Source: Vicugna vicugna (lineage: Eukaryota). From it: a DNA stretch of 64,000 nucleotides. The notes below the pieces were generated by a model. It was not told where the DNA came from. It saw only the letters and a program-made list of their open reading frames with translations, and made no database searches. Shown here piece by piece: positions 12,401-26,116 of the stretch; positions within the stretch are counted from its first letter, which is position 1, and each line of letters begins with the position of its first letter. The DNA lies in the NCBI GenBank assembly GCA_013265495.1, contig MU058645.1, positions 434,001-498,000 on the forward strand, written 5' to 3'. Position numbers and translations under genes: made by a program.

Positions 12401-14061
12401 TTCCTGCCTGGAGGAGTCACAGTAAAGGTTCTCCTGCTCAGAGGTCCCCCTCCCTCTGCCCTGTGGCTGCCCTAGTGCTTCCCCGTGTGGCCCCCAGACA
12501 TGGCACGCCCTCTTCTCTCGGGACCTGTGAAAAATCAACTACCTTTTAGATGGAAATTGTTTCCCAGGTGTCGGCCTCACTGTACCTCACGTTTTCTGTT
12601 AATACACTGTATTTTAAGACAGCAGCCTAGTTGAGACCAAGGGGTCTTTCTTTATCTCCATTTTCCTATTGCCTTTTCTAGAACAGATTTTTTGCTTGAA
12701 TTATTTGAAGTATGTGATTCCCCTGTTAACCTATGACCATGTCTGTATAGGACACGGGGCAAAGTACTGTGACTCTCTTGAGATTCATCTGGACCCAAAA
12801 TTGAAGGAATGGAATTAAATAACCTCTCCACGTCACTTTTGTCTCTTAGACCCCAAGCCTTAGTCAAAACATGAAAATATGCTGATACCCCTATTTGCAA
12901 GGCGAAAATAACTCTGTTTACGTTGCCTTCCTTCTCTCTTCCGTTTGTTTGGGTTTTATGTAAATGTTGCTGAAGGAAACCTGACGTCCACGACGGGAGG
13001 AGGGGCAATGTAAATGCTGCAGGCAAGATGGGATTGTTTTGAGTTCATGCTTCTTAGGAACTACCTGATTTTTGGTGCCCCCCCAGTGCAGACTGAATGC
13101 TGCTCAATTATTGTGATGAAAACCTGACTCTTCAAGCCCAAGTGCATTTAAAAATGAGACGAGATGGTTTCTAAGGTCCCATCCTGCTCTACCAGTGACC
13201 GTCTGTAGCCTTATGAGAAGAGAATGGTCTCAGTGTCTTGCTGAGATTTAAGCTAAGTCAGAACACTTAGTTCGCAGTGGAATTAAGACAACGTTCTCTC
13301 TCCACTGTGACCACCGGTCATCCTCCGATGCGCTCTCTAGGCTGTTTCAACGTTCTTTCACTCCCACTGAGTGCTTAGTATGAGAAGGGGCACGTGTGAG
13401 TGCTCCGTGCAGTAAGTCACCTCTCTGGGTACTGAGACTAAGACAACGCAATTGTGAACAGTCACAGTAATGTTTCAAAACTAAGGTTTAATTATTTGGT
13501 TGTAGATTTTCATAAACCTTGCGCATTTTAACAAAGGCCTTTCATGACTATTTATCAGCACTGTTTTGAAGAATCTAAATAACTTGAAAGGCGTATCAGC
13601 AGGTGCTTGTTTGAGTGTTACCTCAATGACTTGCCCACTCGCCCCTGACATAAACTGCGGCTGATGCCTCTAATGACCGTAGATTTGGGAGGTAGAATGT
13701 AAGTTGTAAGCACCAGATCTCAGAGAAAAGGCAACTGCTTATTTAAAATTGATTGTTGAGTTGAGACAAAAGGAAATGAGATCTTCATTCCCCACAATGC
13801 TTCAGGACAGGAATCCAACAGTCTTCGGTATTCAAGGGCGAAACATCTTATCAAGAGTTGACTGTTAAATTTTCAGAAAGTCTGCAAGCCTGTTTTTAAC
13901 AGAAGCTTATTAGTAATTAAATTATATAAACTTAGGATCAAAGAAATTATATAAACTGCAAAGACAATAAATTCTCAAAACGTGCCGTCTGCCAGGCGGC
14001 CCGCTGTACTGCACTGCTGCTTGCGGTCGGGAGGCCGTGGACGTCCGCAGTCTGCGGCGGC

Positions 14062-14076
14062 ACCGCCACCTGCCAG
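14062..14076 (-). promoter_or_regulatory. CTCF-like motif in small CpG-rich patch
   Basis: Minus strand ctggcaggtggcggt fits the CTCF core CCRSYAGRKGGCRS with one mismatch. Confidence 0.4.
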
Positions 14077-14119
14077 TTAGGAGACTACCTGCTTCCATTC
14101 TTTCTTCAGAAAATTCGTG

Positions 14120-14702
14120 TTGGCAGTAAAATAGAACTATCACGTGACCAAGTAATTCCACTCCTGTGTATGCATCTGAAAAAATATAAAAATGCTGATT
14201 CAAAAAGATACATGCTTCCCAATGTTCATAGCAACATTATTCAAAATTGCCGAAGTAGGGAAAGAACCTAAGTGTTCCTCAACAGGTGAATGGCTAAATA
14301 ATATGTGTATATTACGTAATGAAACACTAACCAGCCATAAAGAAGGATAAAATTTTGCCATGTGCACAACATGTATGATAGCACTTATATGTGGAATCTA
14401 AAAAATAAAACAATCTAATGAATATAACAAAAAAGAAATAGAATCACAGGTAGAAAACAAATTGGTGGTTATCTGTGGGGAGATGGAAGGGGGAAGGGAC
14501 ACATAGGGGCAGGGGGTTAAGAGGTACAGACTGTTATGTGTAAATAAATAAGTTATGCAGATATATTGTACAACACAGGGATTATAGGCAATATTTTGTA
14601 ATAATTGTAAATGAAATGACTATAAATATTTAAAATTATAGATCACGATGTTGTACATCTGCAACATGTACTTTGGTACGTCGCCTATACTTCAATAAAA
14701 AA
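14120..14702 (+). mobile_element. L1MA/MB ORF2 end and 3'UTR
   Basis: aatgttcatagcaacattattc...cacttatatgtggaatctaaaa...tatattgtacaacacaggga; ends at aataaaa ~14694. Confidence 0.85.
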
Positions 14703-17700
14703 GCAGATTGTACTTAAAAGTACTTTGAGTCTGCAGTTACTACATTATAAATGGTACCAAAACATGGAAGGAGTGTTGTACCAGCATTCAAAACTATTTC
14801 CCAATTCAAAAAAGAAGTCTCATATTATTGATGAATTAGTGAAGTTATTCATATATCTTTGTTGTTTTACATTCGCCTTGCTCATTAATATAAGTGAAAC
14901 TCTTAACAAATATTCACTTTATGACTATACTCGGTAGGCAACTGCAACCACAGGTTGGCCATGGAAATACTTTTCTCAGAAATCGATGGAAACATTTTGT
15001 GAGATTCAATTTGCTATATGAAATTTACAGTAGAGTATTACGTACTGTATTTGCAAATTGCTTGCTACATATTTTTGTTATCATTAAAAATATATTCCTC
15101 ATGTCCTCTGAGGCATACCTGGATAATAATTTAAGTACTCTGAGCTACATGAATTTGTATTTTTTTCCAAAATATCAACAAACGTAGCAAAATATTTTTC
15201 TTGCTGTTTGGATGGTGACATAGTACAGTCTTTGCGCAGTAAGACCTTACCCCAGTGCAGGTGGGGAGTGGATGAGCAGGAGGAGACTGGTCATACCCAC
15301 CTGCTGTGTGTTCCGATATGTTTACCCCCAAAACAAAACCTAACAGCAGTGAGGTGGAACAGAGCTGAAGCAGATGGAGCACGATTCTAGATGACTTACC
15401 TCCTTGCCCTGCGCTCCCTGAGAAGTACCTGTAACACTCTGTGCCCCAGAGGCCTGCCAGGCTTGAGAGAAAAGCCAAGTCTTCCCAGCAGTGCACTTGC
15501 ACGCTAAGCTGACATCAGCTGGTCTGTAGGAAATCCCAGGAGCCACGCCTGCACTTGTACGAGTGGAAACGCACACCCTGGACTCTTCTACACGAACCAA
15601 ACTCAGAACCACACTTTCATCTGGAGTCGGACCAGGGGAGGCGTGTTCAGCCCAGCTTTCCAGGGCCCTCAGGAAACCCTTGTCCTCCTGACATGCTTCC
15701 CAGGTAACTAGAGCTAAAAGCGTCACATACAGACGGTGCCGGAGTCAAAGCACTCACAGTCTTCCGCTGTCTGCTTGCCTTCTCTTTCCCCAGGCTTGTG
15801 CTGCACCCAGTTTGGGGGCGTGAGTAGCAGGGGCTGTGGCACCCCACTGATGCCCAAGCTGCTTACATTTCCTGCTTTTGTTCATGTGGACATTTTCCTA
15901 AGCTGCAGTGAGAACGACCTCTGTTCTGATGAAACGGTTATGCTGCCATTTGGTGTTTAAGGAGAACAGAGGTGTGCAGAGAAACTAGAAAACAAGGCTA
16001 CAGAACACAGCGATCACTGAAGATCGACAACTTCCTGCCAGGACAGCATCACGGCTCGTGGCTTTCAAGGGTTTGTATAGTGTGATCACAGACATTAACT
16101 TGTTTTATCTACTGACAACCCTACCACCCCCAAAAAAAGCCCCCAAAACCCCAGACACATATAAATGTTCTTTTCTCAATAATTTTACAGAGGAAGCTAA
16201 AATGAAAAATGTATTATTCAAAGGAATTGGTGCTTAAACATTCATGTGTATATATATATATATGTTCATATGTAAGTGTACATATTTCTCAAAGCATTTA
16301 TTAGGAACAAATCACTAACATAAAATAAACATGTTGTGGGGGGGGACAATTGCCCACGAACATTTTAAGACTTTAGAAAGAAATTAATTATCTGCTTTGT
16401 TCTAAAATCTAGAACAACTCATTGCTTTGAAAAAATATTGTATCCCCTATTGTCAGAGCTTATAATTATCGGTGGAAACTGTTACAAAGAAAATCAGGGT
16501 CCCTGCCAGTAGACTGGGGATTCCTTCCAATTCAAAGATCCTGAGGTTTGTTCAATCTCCACATCACCTTCTTACTTAGCCTGTAGTGTGTCAGGGTTAG
16601 ATTTTGTAAAAGGAATCAGTGCCTTATGGGACCTGGATAATATAGAATATTAAGGATGGAGTTCCCATCTGTCTTGGTTTTTGAACATCTAATGTTCACT
16701 TTAATAAAATCAAGACCTAGGGACACAGTTTATGACATGTTGCAACTGCCAGGCAGGGCTGAGTGCGGACTGCTCTCAGGAGTGACCACGCCTTGGCCTG
16801 CCAGCCTTCAGAGCCGGGGTTGTGCTCACATCAGGAAGAACAATTTAAGTGGGGAAAAAAATCTGTGCCTTTCCCATCCAACTGTTTCCTTTGAAGCAGA
16901 AGACGTTGACACAGGTGATTTTGCTCCTCTTTCTGCATTTGTAGATGAGCCCAGGATTCCTTTCCTTTTCTATCTTAGTTTGAAAAACCTAACGGTAAAA
17001 ATTTTGGTTTCCAATTTACAAACATGCCTTAACTGACAGAAATGAATGTGAACAAAATTCTCAGGTATTTGGAATTTATCACAAACCCCCCTACTTCTGA
17101 AACAAATGTTTCTGGGTCACCAGATCAGAGAAACAAGAGCCCTTCTTTATTGCCACTACCCAGATGTCTTCCTGTCCTGTAACTGTATAAACCCTACAGC
17201 TAAAGATCATCCATCTGCTCTAACAGCTGCTTCGTGCCTCTTCCAAAATCCAAAACTGGACTTTGAGGTTGAGAACAGCAGCATAATTTAGGCAAGTGGG
17301 GGGCTTTGCCATGTAGGGAAAGGGATGTGGGTAACACTGCTAATGGGGGTTGCAATGACCGCCCTTAGCAAGACAGTGGAGAGCAACTGTGTCCCCCAGG
17401 GAAGACCCAGAGTGACAATGGGCATTGCCCATCGAGGTAATGCTGCCCTGATGTCATTTAAAGGAGTGTGTGTGTAGAACTTAACACTGGGAACTAAGCT
17501 TTGTCTGTCTTAAATTAGCACAGATTAAATCTAATCTACATTTACAGAGTTATCAACAGGATCTGATTATAGCATATTGATAACACAATACCCCCGTGCA
17601 TCTAGTGCTTAAAAATTAACTTGTGAGAGTGTTAGGGAAGAGAAGAATGGAGCGAATTTGACAATATTCATTATTTATAAATGCCAGTAGACATTTAGTT

Positions 17701-19269
17701 TGCACATGCATGATAATCTCTTAGTGGAGGGCACATGCAACTGTTGGCATCTATTGAGAGCTTTGAGAAGAGAAGCATCTGTTCACTAATGAGTACTTTC
17801 CACTATGGAAAAGGAGAATGTGACCAGCGGGGCTTCACAAAGTAGAGAACAGAGCCAACCCTGGGCCCACCCAGCTTAACCAAGACCACAAGAGATGCCC
17901 GCACTTGTGAAGTGTTTCAATTTACTGTTGAATTTTGCTTACTCTTTTTAGAATCTCTGGACATGAAGCAAAAAATAGACATAATCACTTTACAAGCCGA
18001 TTATCTCCAAAGATAGTTTGCTTTATAACCAGACATATTATTCAGTAACATTTGTTTAAAAATCGTAAACTGAATTAATTATATCTTATCTCATTTAATG
18101 CTCAAAAATTGAAAAAATTCTTATGCAGTTAAAAAAAATAAATAAATACAATATAAGAGAGATGAATTGCAGATGAAGAGAGCTCTCCTGGTCTGCGCAG
18201 GTGCTCGCTACAGATCTGAATCTGCAGCTGGGTCCTCTGGCCCTGCGCTCTTCCTGTGATAACCTAGCGGCCTTCCTGGACTAAGTCTTCTGGGCAGGCA
18301 TTTCTTGAAACAGTGCTTTGTGATGCACCGAATGAAGCAACACGATGTGCCCTGAATATCTGATAAAGGAAAATGTAAGATGTGAAAGTAGACAAGACAT
18401 GTCAGTGACAAAGACAAATGAAACACTTCATTATGAAAGTTTAATGGGGTAAAAATGAAAAATTTACACTTATTATTTCATAGCTCAATAGCCTTATTGC
18501 AAAATGTGCTTGCTTACTGAGACCCTATGCACTCCAACTGGGAAAACAGCAGTAGCAGAACAAACGATGTGGAAGGATACTGAGAGAGGGCACGGGGCCT
18601 CGGCCGCCTCACCTCAAACGCCCAGGGTCAGAGCCCTTCCATGCTGGCATGATAAGAACTATTAAATAATCCAAAGTTATTGAAGCCAGAAAACCTCTCC
18701 ACTCACTAAACTTTTCAGCAGCTTCCAGGCTCTGTGTAAGCATTTGGGCTTGGCTTTTTCTCATCAGTCGAGTGAAGGAAGTTTGTAGATCCCTGGAGAC
18801 TCTGAGAAATTGCAATTTTATGCACAAGAACTGCAGTTGCCCACAGCTCTGAAGTCCTGGTCCTCTACCTGGGCCACCAGAGCTCCTCTATTCAGGGTTC
18901 CACAGCCCTAAGGGAGTGCAGCCTTCATGACATGCTGCCATCAGGAAGACCTTTCTTTATATCATCCAAGTCTAATCACGCTATCATTTTAAATCTTCCA
19001 TTATCCACCCATCATTGTCCAGATAAAGTGAGACCAAACTCCTCAACCTGATGCCATCCATACACATCGTTTCAATCTGGTCCTTGGACCTCGGTCTCAA
19101 CTATCACCGGCCCCTTCTCCACCTTTTGTGGGCTGGTCACGATCACCAGATGGTGCTTTGACTCTTCTGTGTGTTCTCACAGACCCCCAGGCGTGTTTCT
19201 GTGCTGATGTCTGGGCTGGATCATATCCTCCTGGGACCAGGGGCTAAGCACCTCTCCTCTGGGACAGGT

Positions 19270-19515
19270 TTAGCACCGTTAAGAGAACAAGGTTTGGAAT
19301 CTGTAAGACCTTGTCTTAATTCCCAACTTCACCGCTTACTAATTGGACATGTCAATTAATCTTTCTAAGTTTTAGCCCCTTTAAATTGTGAATAAACATA
19401 TTTAATTCAAAGGGATATTGTTGAGAATAAATATAATGAATGGAAGGCATCTAAATCAATGCCTGGCACAAAGAAATTATTCAATAAATATTAGCCAGTA
19501 TATTTACCATTATTG
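19270..19515 (+). mobile_element. MIR SINE
   Basis: gttaagagaacaaggtttggaatctg...aatcccaacttcaccgcttacta-like core...gcctggcacaaagaaattattcaataaatattagc. Confidence 0.75.
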
Positions 19516-21309
19516 TTGTTAGGTTAGACCCAACTCTAGCCTTTCCTCCTCCAGAAAGAGTTCTCTAAATCTCACATGTCTCCTCAAACCCTAACCCACC
19601 CATTCCACTGGAGGAAGTGAGAGTTCGACATACAGCAGCTTTTTAGTGGCTGGATTGTGACAGTGTCTCATTGGCTGGGCTCTTTCCAGGCAAGAAGAGG
19701 AAGTCTTTCTGTCTCGTGTTGAGCTCTGCTGTCATCGTGGGGCGTGGGAGCTGCCCCTCTGGCCTCCGGACTCTGTTTTGACTGAGGTTTCTGTTCATTA
19801 ATTTTTACAATGTGTATGCTCACATTGGCGGAAAATGCTGCCATAATTCTTGAACATATTAAAGTATCTTAAGTGCATTTTTTAAACGCAATATCTGCCT
19901 TTCAAGTTTTTGCTTTTGTTTTTTGCCTTTGCACTAAATTCTTAGAGTTAAGGCTCAGCAAAAAATTGCATTCCCAAAACTTGGAATAACTATTTCGATC
20001 CTTCAATTTTCTGCCTTTTCTTGGAGTTTGTTGCATTTTTTTCTTCTCTTCCTGCTTGCTTGTAAACTTCCAGAAGACAGCAGCTGAGTTTGTATAAAAC
20101 TCTGTAACCTTCACAATTTTTTGCACATTATATTTCTGGGTTAAATATTTGTTAAATGACTTATTGACAGATTGACTAAGAGACCGATGATTGAAACGTT
20201 GTATATCAGGATAATATAGTTTGCCTATAATTAACTGATAGATAAGTAGTAGCACTTATCTTGCAAAAATCTTTTGAAAGGCGTAGAAAAAGTGCAGGTT
20301 GCAGCATGCGTTGTTTTTCTGCCTGCAGAATGAACAGCAAGCCGCCATGCTCTTCTGTCATTAAAAATAGCCGTAGCGTAACTGTGGCAATAGACGCTTT
20401 TGCCCTTCCAGGATCTCCAGTATGTAGGTTGCCCGCTGAGGAGTTATTTTTCTTGATTTTTGTGGTGCTTTCTGGTCAGGCACCAAAAGGAATCTTTACA
20501 GTCAAAGCCTTTAGTTTTTGTTCTTTGAGAACATGTCTGCAGCAGCTACTCTTAGAAACGTCTGTGGGCGGCTGAGGCCCACCTCTGTGTAGAGCGAGTC
20601 ACCACTGCCTCACTAATTACGCGCTATTCTGACTGTAGATTGTGGGTCTAAATATCTACAAAACCGAATCTAAGGAACCTGGAGGCTCATTGGGCTGAAA
20701 ACATCCCTCTGCGCAAGCCGAAGGCAGGAGATACGCAGTCAATTAAGCTCTAATGGGCACGCCCGGCAGCCCTGGCTCCCCTCGCCCCGCGACAGCCAGG
20801 CGCAACGTGCCAGCTTCAAAACAGTGCGCAGCGGCTGCACGCCCGCCTCGCTCCCAGAAGCACCTCCCTGGTAAGTTCTGCTGCTCTACTGTCGGGATTT
20901 CCTTTTCAGAAACATTAGTTATTAGTGGTTCTTTCAAGAAATACTTGCCTGTGAGGCACCGCGGTGGCTCCGGGGTAACAAGGAGAATTTGCTCACAGAA
21001 GCCTGCCTCCTGATGGGGAAGGAACAGACACAGACACACAGTTAGAAAGAGCATCTGATGACGGATGGAGACAAAACAAAGACGCGCTCAGAACAGCTCT
21101 GGGGTTGGGGTAACGGCCGTCTTTAATTTCCATTCCAGGGTCTTACGTGGGTCACACGGCCAAAGGAAACATCAGACAGAGAGTTCACTTCTGCCCTTTC
21201 CCCGAAGCTTCTGGTTAAGTCTAGAAGGTATCAAACAGCCACAGGATAGCTAAGACACAGAACGTTAACTTGACCTGACGAGTATTTGAAACAGCCTTGC
21301 ATAGAGACT

Positions 21310-22800
21310 AACAGATGTATTTGTCCAACACACGCTGACAGTGGCTGAGATGTTCCGTGTGGTCTTCTAGGCATTGGGGATCAAGCACTGAACTCAATCA
21401 ACTGTGACTCTGTTCTCCAGGAGTGTCTCATGGGGAAGTGGGCAAAGGGGGCAATGAATGAATAAATAAAGGAATATACGGTACTTCAGGAGGTGAGTGC
21501 CATGGAACACACAGAACAAGGTACAGAATGCGATTTGCCTGGGTTTGAGGGGCTCCCAGGTCATGGGACTTTTAGGGCTGAAACTGGGAAGTCCTGCCCA
21601 TCCAGGATGCCTTTGTCATCCTAGCTATAGGAGACATGGAAGAATCAAAGGTGACTCTAAGGATCTGGGCCAACGTGAGGATAGACTTGCCATTTAACAG
21701 AAATGGAGAAGACTGGAGGGTTACAGAGATGGTGACAGAAGGAGGGCAGAACCAGGATTACATTTGTGATGTGTGAAGTTTAAGATGCTCATCGCTCAGT
21801 GATTATTCTGGGTTGGTGATTAGTTACAAGCCTGAATTTCAGGGAAAAACATCAAGGTAAGATAAATAAATTTAGGTACCATCAGAGCATAAACACATAG
21901 CATTTATTGTATTAAAACAACTGGGCTGAACAAAATGGCTGAGGGGTGTAATTACAAGGTGGATCTGAAGCTTGAGACCTGGGGACCTCCAACGTTGAGC
22001 GGTCAGAGACGGAGCAAGATGGAGGAGCCAGTGAGCAACAGGAGAGTCAGAAGAGAGAGTCTCAGAGCCCAAGAGGGAAGAGGGAAAGAGTGCTTCAAAG
22101 TGTAGGAGGCGGGGCTCTTCTTCAACTGCGTGTAAGTCAGGTGATACGGGGGTTGAGAACTGACCCCTCAGCGGAATCTGACAATTGTGGATGACGGAGT
22201 GGATTGGATCTACTTGAGAATCAGAGGAGAGGAATTGGTGTCCGTGAGTTCGGGCAATTATTCTGAGGAGTTTGTGATAACAAAGAGGTGGTAGTTAGAG
22301 AGGAGAGAGAGGCTTAAGAGGTATTTTTTTTTTCTCTTTTGATGATGGGCAACAAAGCAGCAGGCTTATGCTGATGGTCCAGAAGGGGAGGAAACGTGAT
22401 GACGCAACAGTGATGCTCCTGAGTGAGTCAAAGGGAAGAGGACGTAGTGAGCAAGAGGAGGGACGATCTTAGACGGGAGGAGGGACAGTTCATGCTTGGT
22501 TACAGTGGGAGGGGTGACCGGAGTATATGGTACAGATGCAGAGAAACTGGAGACAGAAGTTCTTTGTTTTCTCAGTGAAGCAAAAATGTCAGCTGGGCAC
22601 GAGAAGGTGTTGGAAGTTTGAGGAGAGAGAAATTGTGAGAGAGACCCAAGGAGAGGGGAGCATTGGATGACTTATGGAGAAGTCGGAAGACTGCTAAAAA
22701 GCACAGAAGATCATAATTTAAAATAAGACTAGTCAAAGTGGCTGCATTTTACTCAGCTGCATTTGACATATAGATTCAAGTGCGGGGCAGGCGGAGGATT
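21310..22800 (-). mobile_element. L2 LINE remnant (purine-rich antisense)
   Basis: Antisense L2 3' motifs (caacacacgctgacag...ctaggcattgggga; ggaagaatcaaaggtgactctaagg; gtgaagtttaagatgc). Confidence 0.7.
21518..21623 (+). mobile_element. MER81-like hAT DNA transposon nested in L2
   Basis: gatttgcctgggtttgagggggctcccaggtcatgggacttttagggctgaaactgggaagtcc...gtcatccta resembles recalled MER81 consensus. Confidence 0.55.
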
Positions 22801-23111
22801 GCATTTAATCAGAGCTGGTGTCTTGCCAGACTAGACTCTTGCTCTTAAGCATTGGAGAGAGTATACAATATTATAATGATGGACTGTGAAACCTAAGACA
22901 TTAAGGAGAGGGTCCCAGGTATGAGACTCAGGGTCCTTGAAACACATAAGAGAAAAGACAGGAGATGTTTACCATCAATGGCTGTAGTTGAGATCCAGGG
23001 GGACGTGTAGGCATTGATAACAATGAGATTGATCACAGGAGAGGAAGACAAAATCATAAGAAGGGAAAACAATTGACCTAAGTGGCCAGAATATTAGAAG
23101 AGTCACTTGTG

Positions 23112-23390
23112 AGAGTGTTTTCAAACATCGGTTTATAATCATTAGTGGGCTATGACGTAAATTGAATGGGTACTGAAAAATCTTTTATTTTTTTGAACTC
23201 AAGAGAGAGTTAGAATAGAATAGAATAGAATAGAATAGAATAGATAAGAAAAGAAATACATGAGTTCACTGCACCAAATATGAATAAGGATTGTTTTCTG
23301 ACGTGAGTGTGTGGCTCAGTCACGATACGACTTACTGCTTCCTGATTGCGCGCAGGGGTCTCTGTAGTGATATCTGAGAGCTATTGCTCT
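23112..23390. mobile_element. hAT/MER-type DNA transposon remnant
   Basis: gtgttttcaaac...cattagtgggctatgacgtaaattgaatgggt resembles a non-autonomous MER end; subfamily uncertain. Confidence 0.4.
23211..23245 (+). repeat. (TAGAA)n microsatellite
   Basis: tagaa repeated about 6-7 times. Confidence 0.95.
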
Positions 23391-23959
23391 ATGTGATTCT
23401 CAAAATAATCATAATAATGGCAGGAGTGCTGAAAAAAAGCACTTATGAGCTGGAAGTCACAATCTTCCAGGAATGATGGAGGGTGCCTGGGGCTCTGTGT
23501 CTGACTATGTCAGGAAGAGGTTCATACCATGGGGATGTAAAAGGAGGGGGGGCCACGACCTGGAGTTGGCCGTGATGACTTAAGGGGACCATCTCCCTCT
23601 ACTCCAGGCACAGTGATGAGAAAGGAGGGAGAGAAAGCAGCTGGTACTGGCGCAGGTTGCAGGCAGAGTCCCACCCTCAGGACAGAGCTGGCCTTATGCA
23701 GGGAATTATAAATGCACATGCCTTTTCAAATAAATATGAGTCATCAAAGAAATGTGTCACTTAACAGTGGCGAATTCTGCAGTTTCCCCCTCGGGCTGGG
23801 GATGGCATGTGTTCCCCCTCCCTTGCTCCGGGGGTGCACTTCATACTTCCCTTGGACCACTGTGAGAAGCACTGACCTAATGGGAGGTGGATTCGTGTGT
23901 TTTGAATGCCCACCAAGTAGTCCTTAGTTTATTTTCAGAAACACAGTACGCACCAAATA

Positions 23960-24095
23960 TTGTTCTAATTGTAGACATAAAGAGACTGAGACAGCATTTG
24001 CATTTTGTAAGACTGTATATCAGCAGTGGCAGAGGCACAGTTAGAATGCACATCTGTCTGACCTCAAAGCCCAGGCTAATTTTACTCTGCCACCT
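23960..24095 (-). mobile_element. MIR SINE remnant
   Basis: agacataaagagactgagacag...agtggcagaggc...tctgtctgacctcaaagccc. Confidence 0.55.
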
Positions 24096-24479
24096 CGTGG
24101 ATTGGAAATATCTCGTGCCCACCCATCCTCAAATAGCCCTGGACGGAGTGCCGCAAGGGGTGGCTGCTTGACCGGTCCGCTCACAGTGAGCACAAATATC
24201 GTGTTAGTCAGATGGTGTTCATCCAGGTCAGGTTTTAATATAGCACAGTATTTGTAATTGCTGTTATCTATGACTTTAGGGAGAGGACAAAATGATTCAG
24301 CAGGGATGACTAAGTAGGAACAGCACGCTTTTTACTGTATATATTTATAAACCATTTTTAAAGGCTCTATGAGGGGGGCTCATACCTGTCCCCAGTTACT
24401 ATTGGTGCAGAACTGACAATGGCTGCTGATTGAACGCCATTCTTTTTTTTTTCACAAATTAATTAATTAACTAGTTATT

Positions 24480-24637
24480 TACTTATATTTATTTTTTAAG
24501 ATAATTTTTTTAAGTACAGTCAGTTACAATGCATCAGTCTCCAGTGTACAGCACAATGTCCCAGTCATGCATATACATACATACATTCATTTTCATATTC
24601 TTTTCCATTAGAGATTATTACAAGATATTGAACATAG
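24480..24637 (-). mobile_element. Short lineage-specific L1 3' tail
   Basis: aagtacagtcagttacaatg...ccagtgtacagcacaat...ttattacaagatattgaacatag, homologous to the tails at 4644 and 60400-60552. Confidence 0.75.
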
Positions 24638-25664
24638 GAGCGCCACGTCTTCATGGCGAGCAGAGGAAGGTAATCACGAAGCTGACTGGGTCCAGTGTCC
24701 TGCTGTCCGGTGTCATGTTAGGAGACCTCATGTAGGTGTCAGGAGCGTTTCATCCACTTTTCTCTTTGGGAATGTCAGACTTCTAAGGTCTTCCAAGCTG
24801 TAATGTCCAAATAAATGGGGACTAAGAAAGAGACACACAATCACTTGATTTAGAGCCCAGAGCTGATTCCATAGCAGACGCAGTGGATGCTGGTCACTGG
24901 AAGCTCTCTCTCGGGTTCGTTTTATCCTTTTACACACAGCACATGCTCTTTCCCTTCATGATAGTCTTTGTGGCATAAACTTCTCAAATGCCTCCCCAGG
25001 GTTTCCTTAAGGTGGAGTGGATTGGATATGTGTAGCTCCTGCCCCGACAGGCATATGGTTTTCATGGCAGTGCTTCTGCAGCTGAGTGGAGGTCTTGTTG
25101 CCAGAAGTGGGGGAGATATCAACACAGCACAGGACAGAGACCCGCACTGTCCCCGGGCCAGGTTCCCCCTGTGCTCTCGGGGAGCTTCCCTGCTATGATG
25201 ACAAGAAAGCAAAGCGTCCACCTCAGTGCCCGTTTTCCTTCTTCTCCAGGTTGAGCAGTGGCGACTCCAGCTGTTCTCCTGAATTTACTCATTTAAATCC
25301 ATTTCCTTTCCCCTGCTAACCTTGCTGCCTTTTCCCATTTTCTACTTCATAAGTCACTGCCTGCCAGCGCTTCTCGGCCTACAGGGGGCACTGGTGAATG
25401 TTGACAAATGAGTGATCTTCAGGACCGTCTTCCTGCTCGAGCCCCAGTACCTGCTTTTTCCGTCCAGTCCTCTCACCCCATCACCCAACACTGAGAACAC
25501 AGATTTGCCCACTTCTTGCTCCAAAGGTTTCGTTACTGAAGACTTGGTCGTGTTTCTACTGTTGCTCAAAGAACAGTGTTTAAGTGTTGAATCCTGATCA
25601 ATGGATGGATTTTGTAGCAGTCTCGACTTCCCCTCAATATGTGACACAAATTCTTGCCACCTGT

Positions 25665-26116
25665 GGTATTAGATTCCTGGGACTGCAGTAACAAACCACT
25701 ACAAACTTAGTGTCTTAAAACAACAGAAGTGTGTCCTCTGACAGTTATGGAGGCCAGAAGTCCAAAAGCAAGGTGTCTGGAGGGCCAGCTTCTCCTGGAA
25801 GTTTCTAGGGGAGGATCCTTTCTTTCCTCTTCCAGTGTCTGGTGGCTGCTGGTGTCCTGGGGTCCTCAGCTTGTGGCAGCTTCACTCCAACCTCTGCCTC
25901 CATCTTCACATGGTCTTCCCTGCATCTCCCTCTGCATCTTCTTTTCTGTCTCTTATAGACGGACTCATCACTGGAAGTAGTGCCTTCCCTGACACAGGAT
26001 CATCTCACCTCAGGGTCTTTTCCTTAACATCTTCACAGACCCTTATTCTACATAAGGTCACATTCTGAGGTTCCACGTGAATGTATCTTTTGAGATCACC
26101 ATTCAACCCACTACAC
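25665..26116 (-). mobile_element. MaLR solo LTR (MLT1A/C-like)
   Basis: tattagattcctgggactgcagtaacaaaccactacaaacttagtgtcttaaaacaacagaa...ggaggccagaagtccaaagcaaggtg...attcaacccactaca. Confidence 0.85.

Noticed and set aside
15240..15440. Strong minus-strand donor-like motifs (GAG|GTAAGT near 15399)
   Set aside because: No convincing polypyrimidine acceptor upstream; isolated donors are common by chance
19902..20255. 117-aa lysine-rich minus-strand ORF, considered as exon or processed pseudogene
   Set aside because: Composition follows A-rich DNA; no recognisable homology, polyA/TSD or clear splice pair
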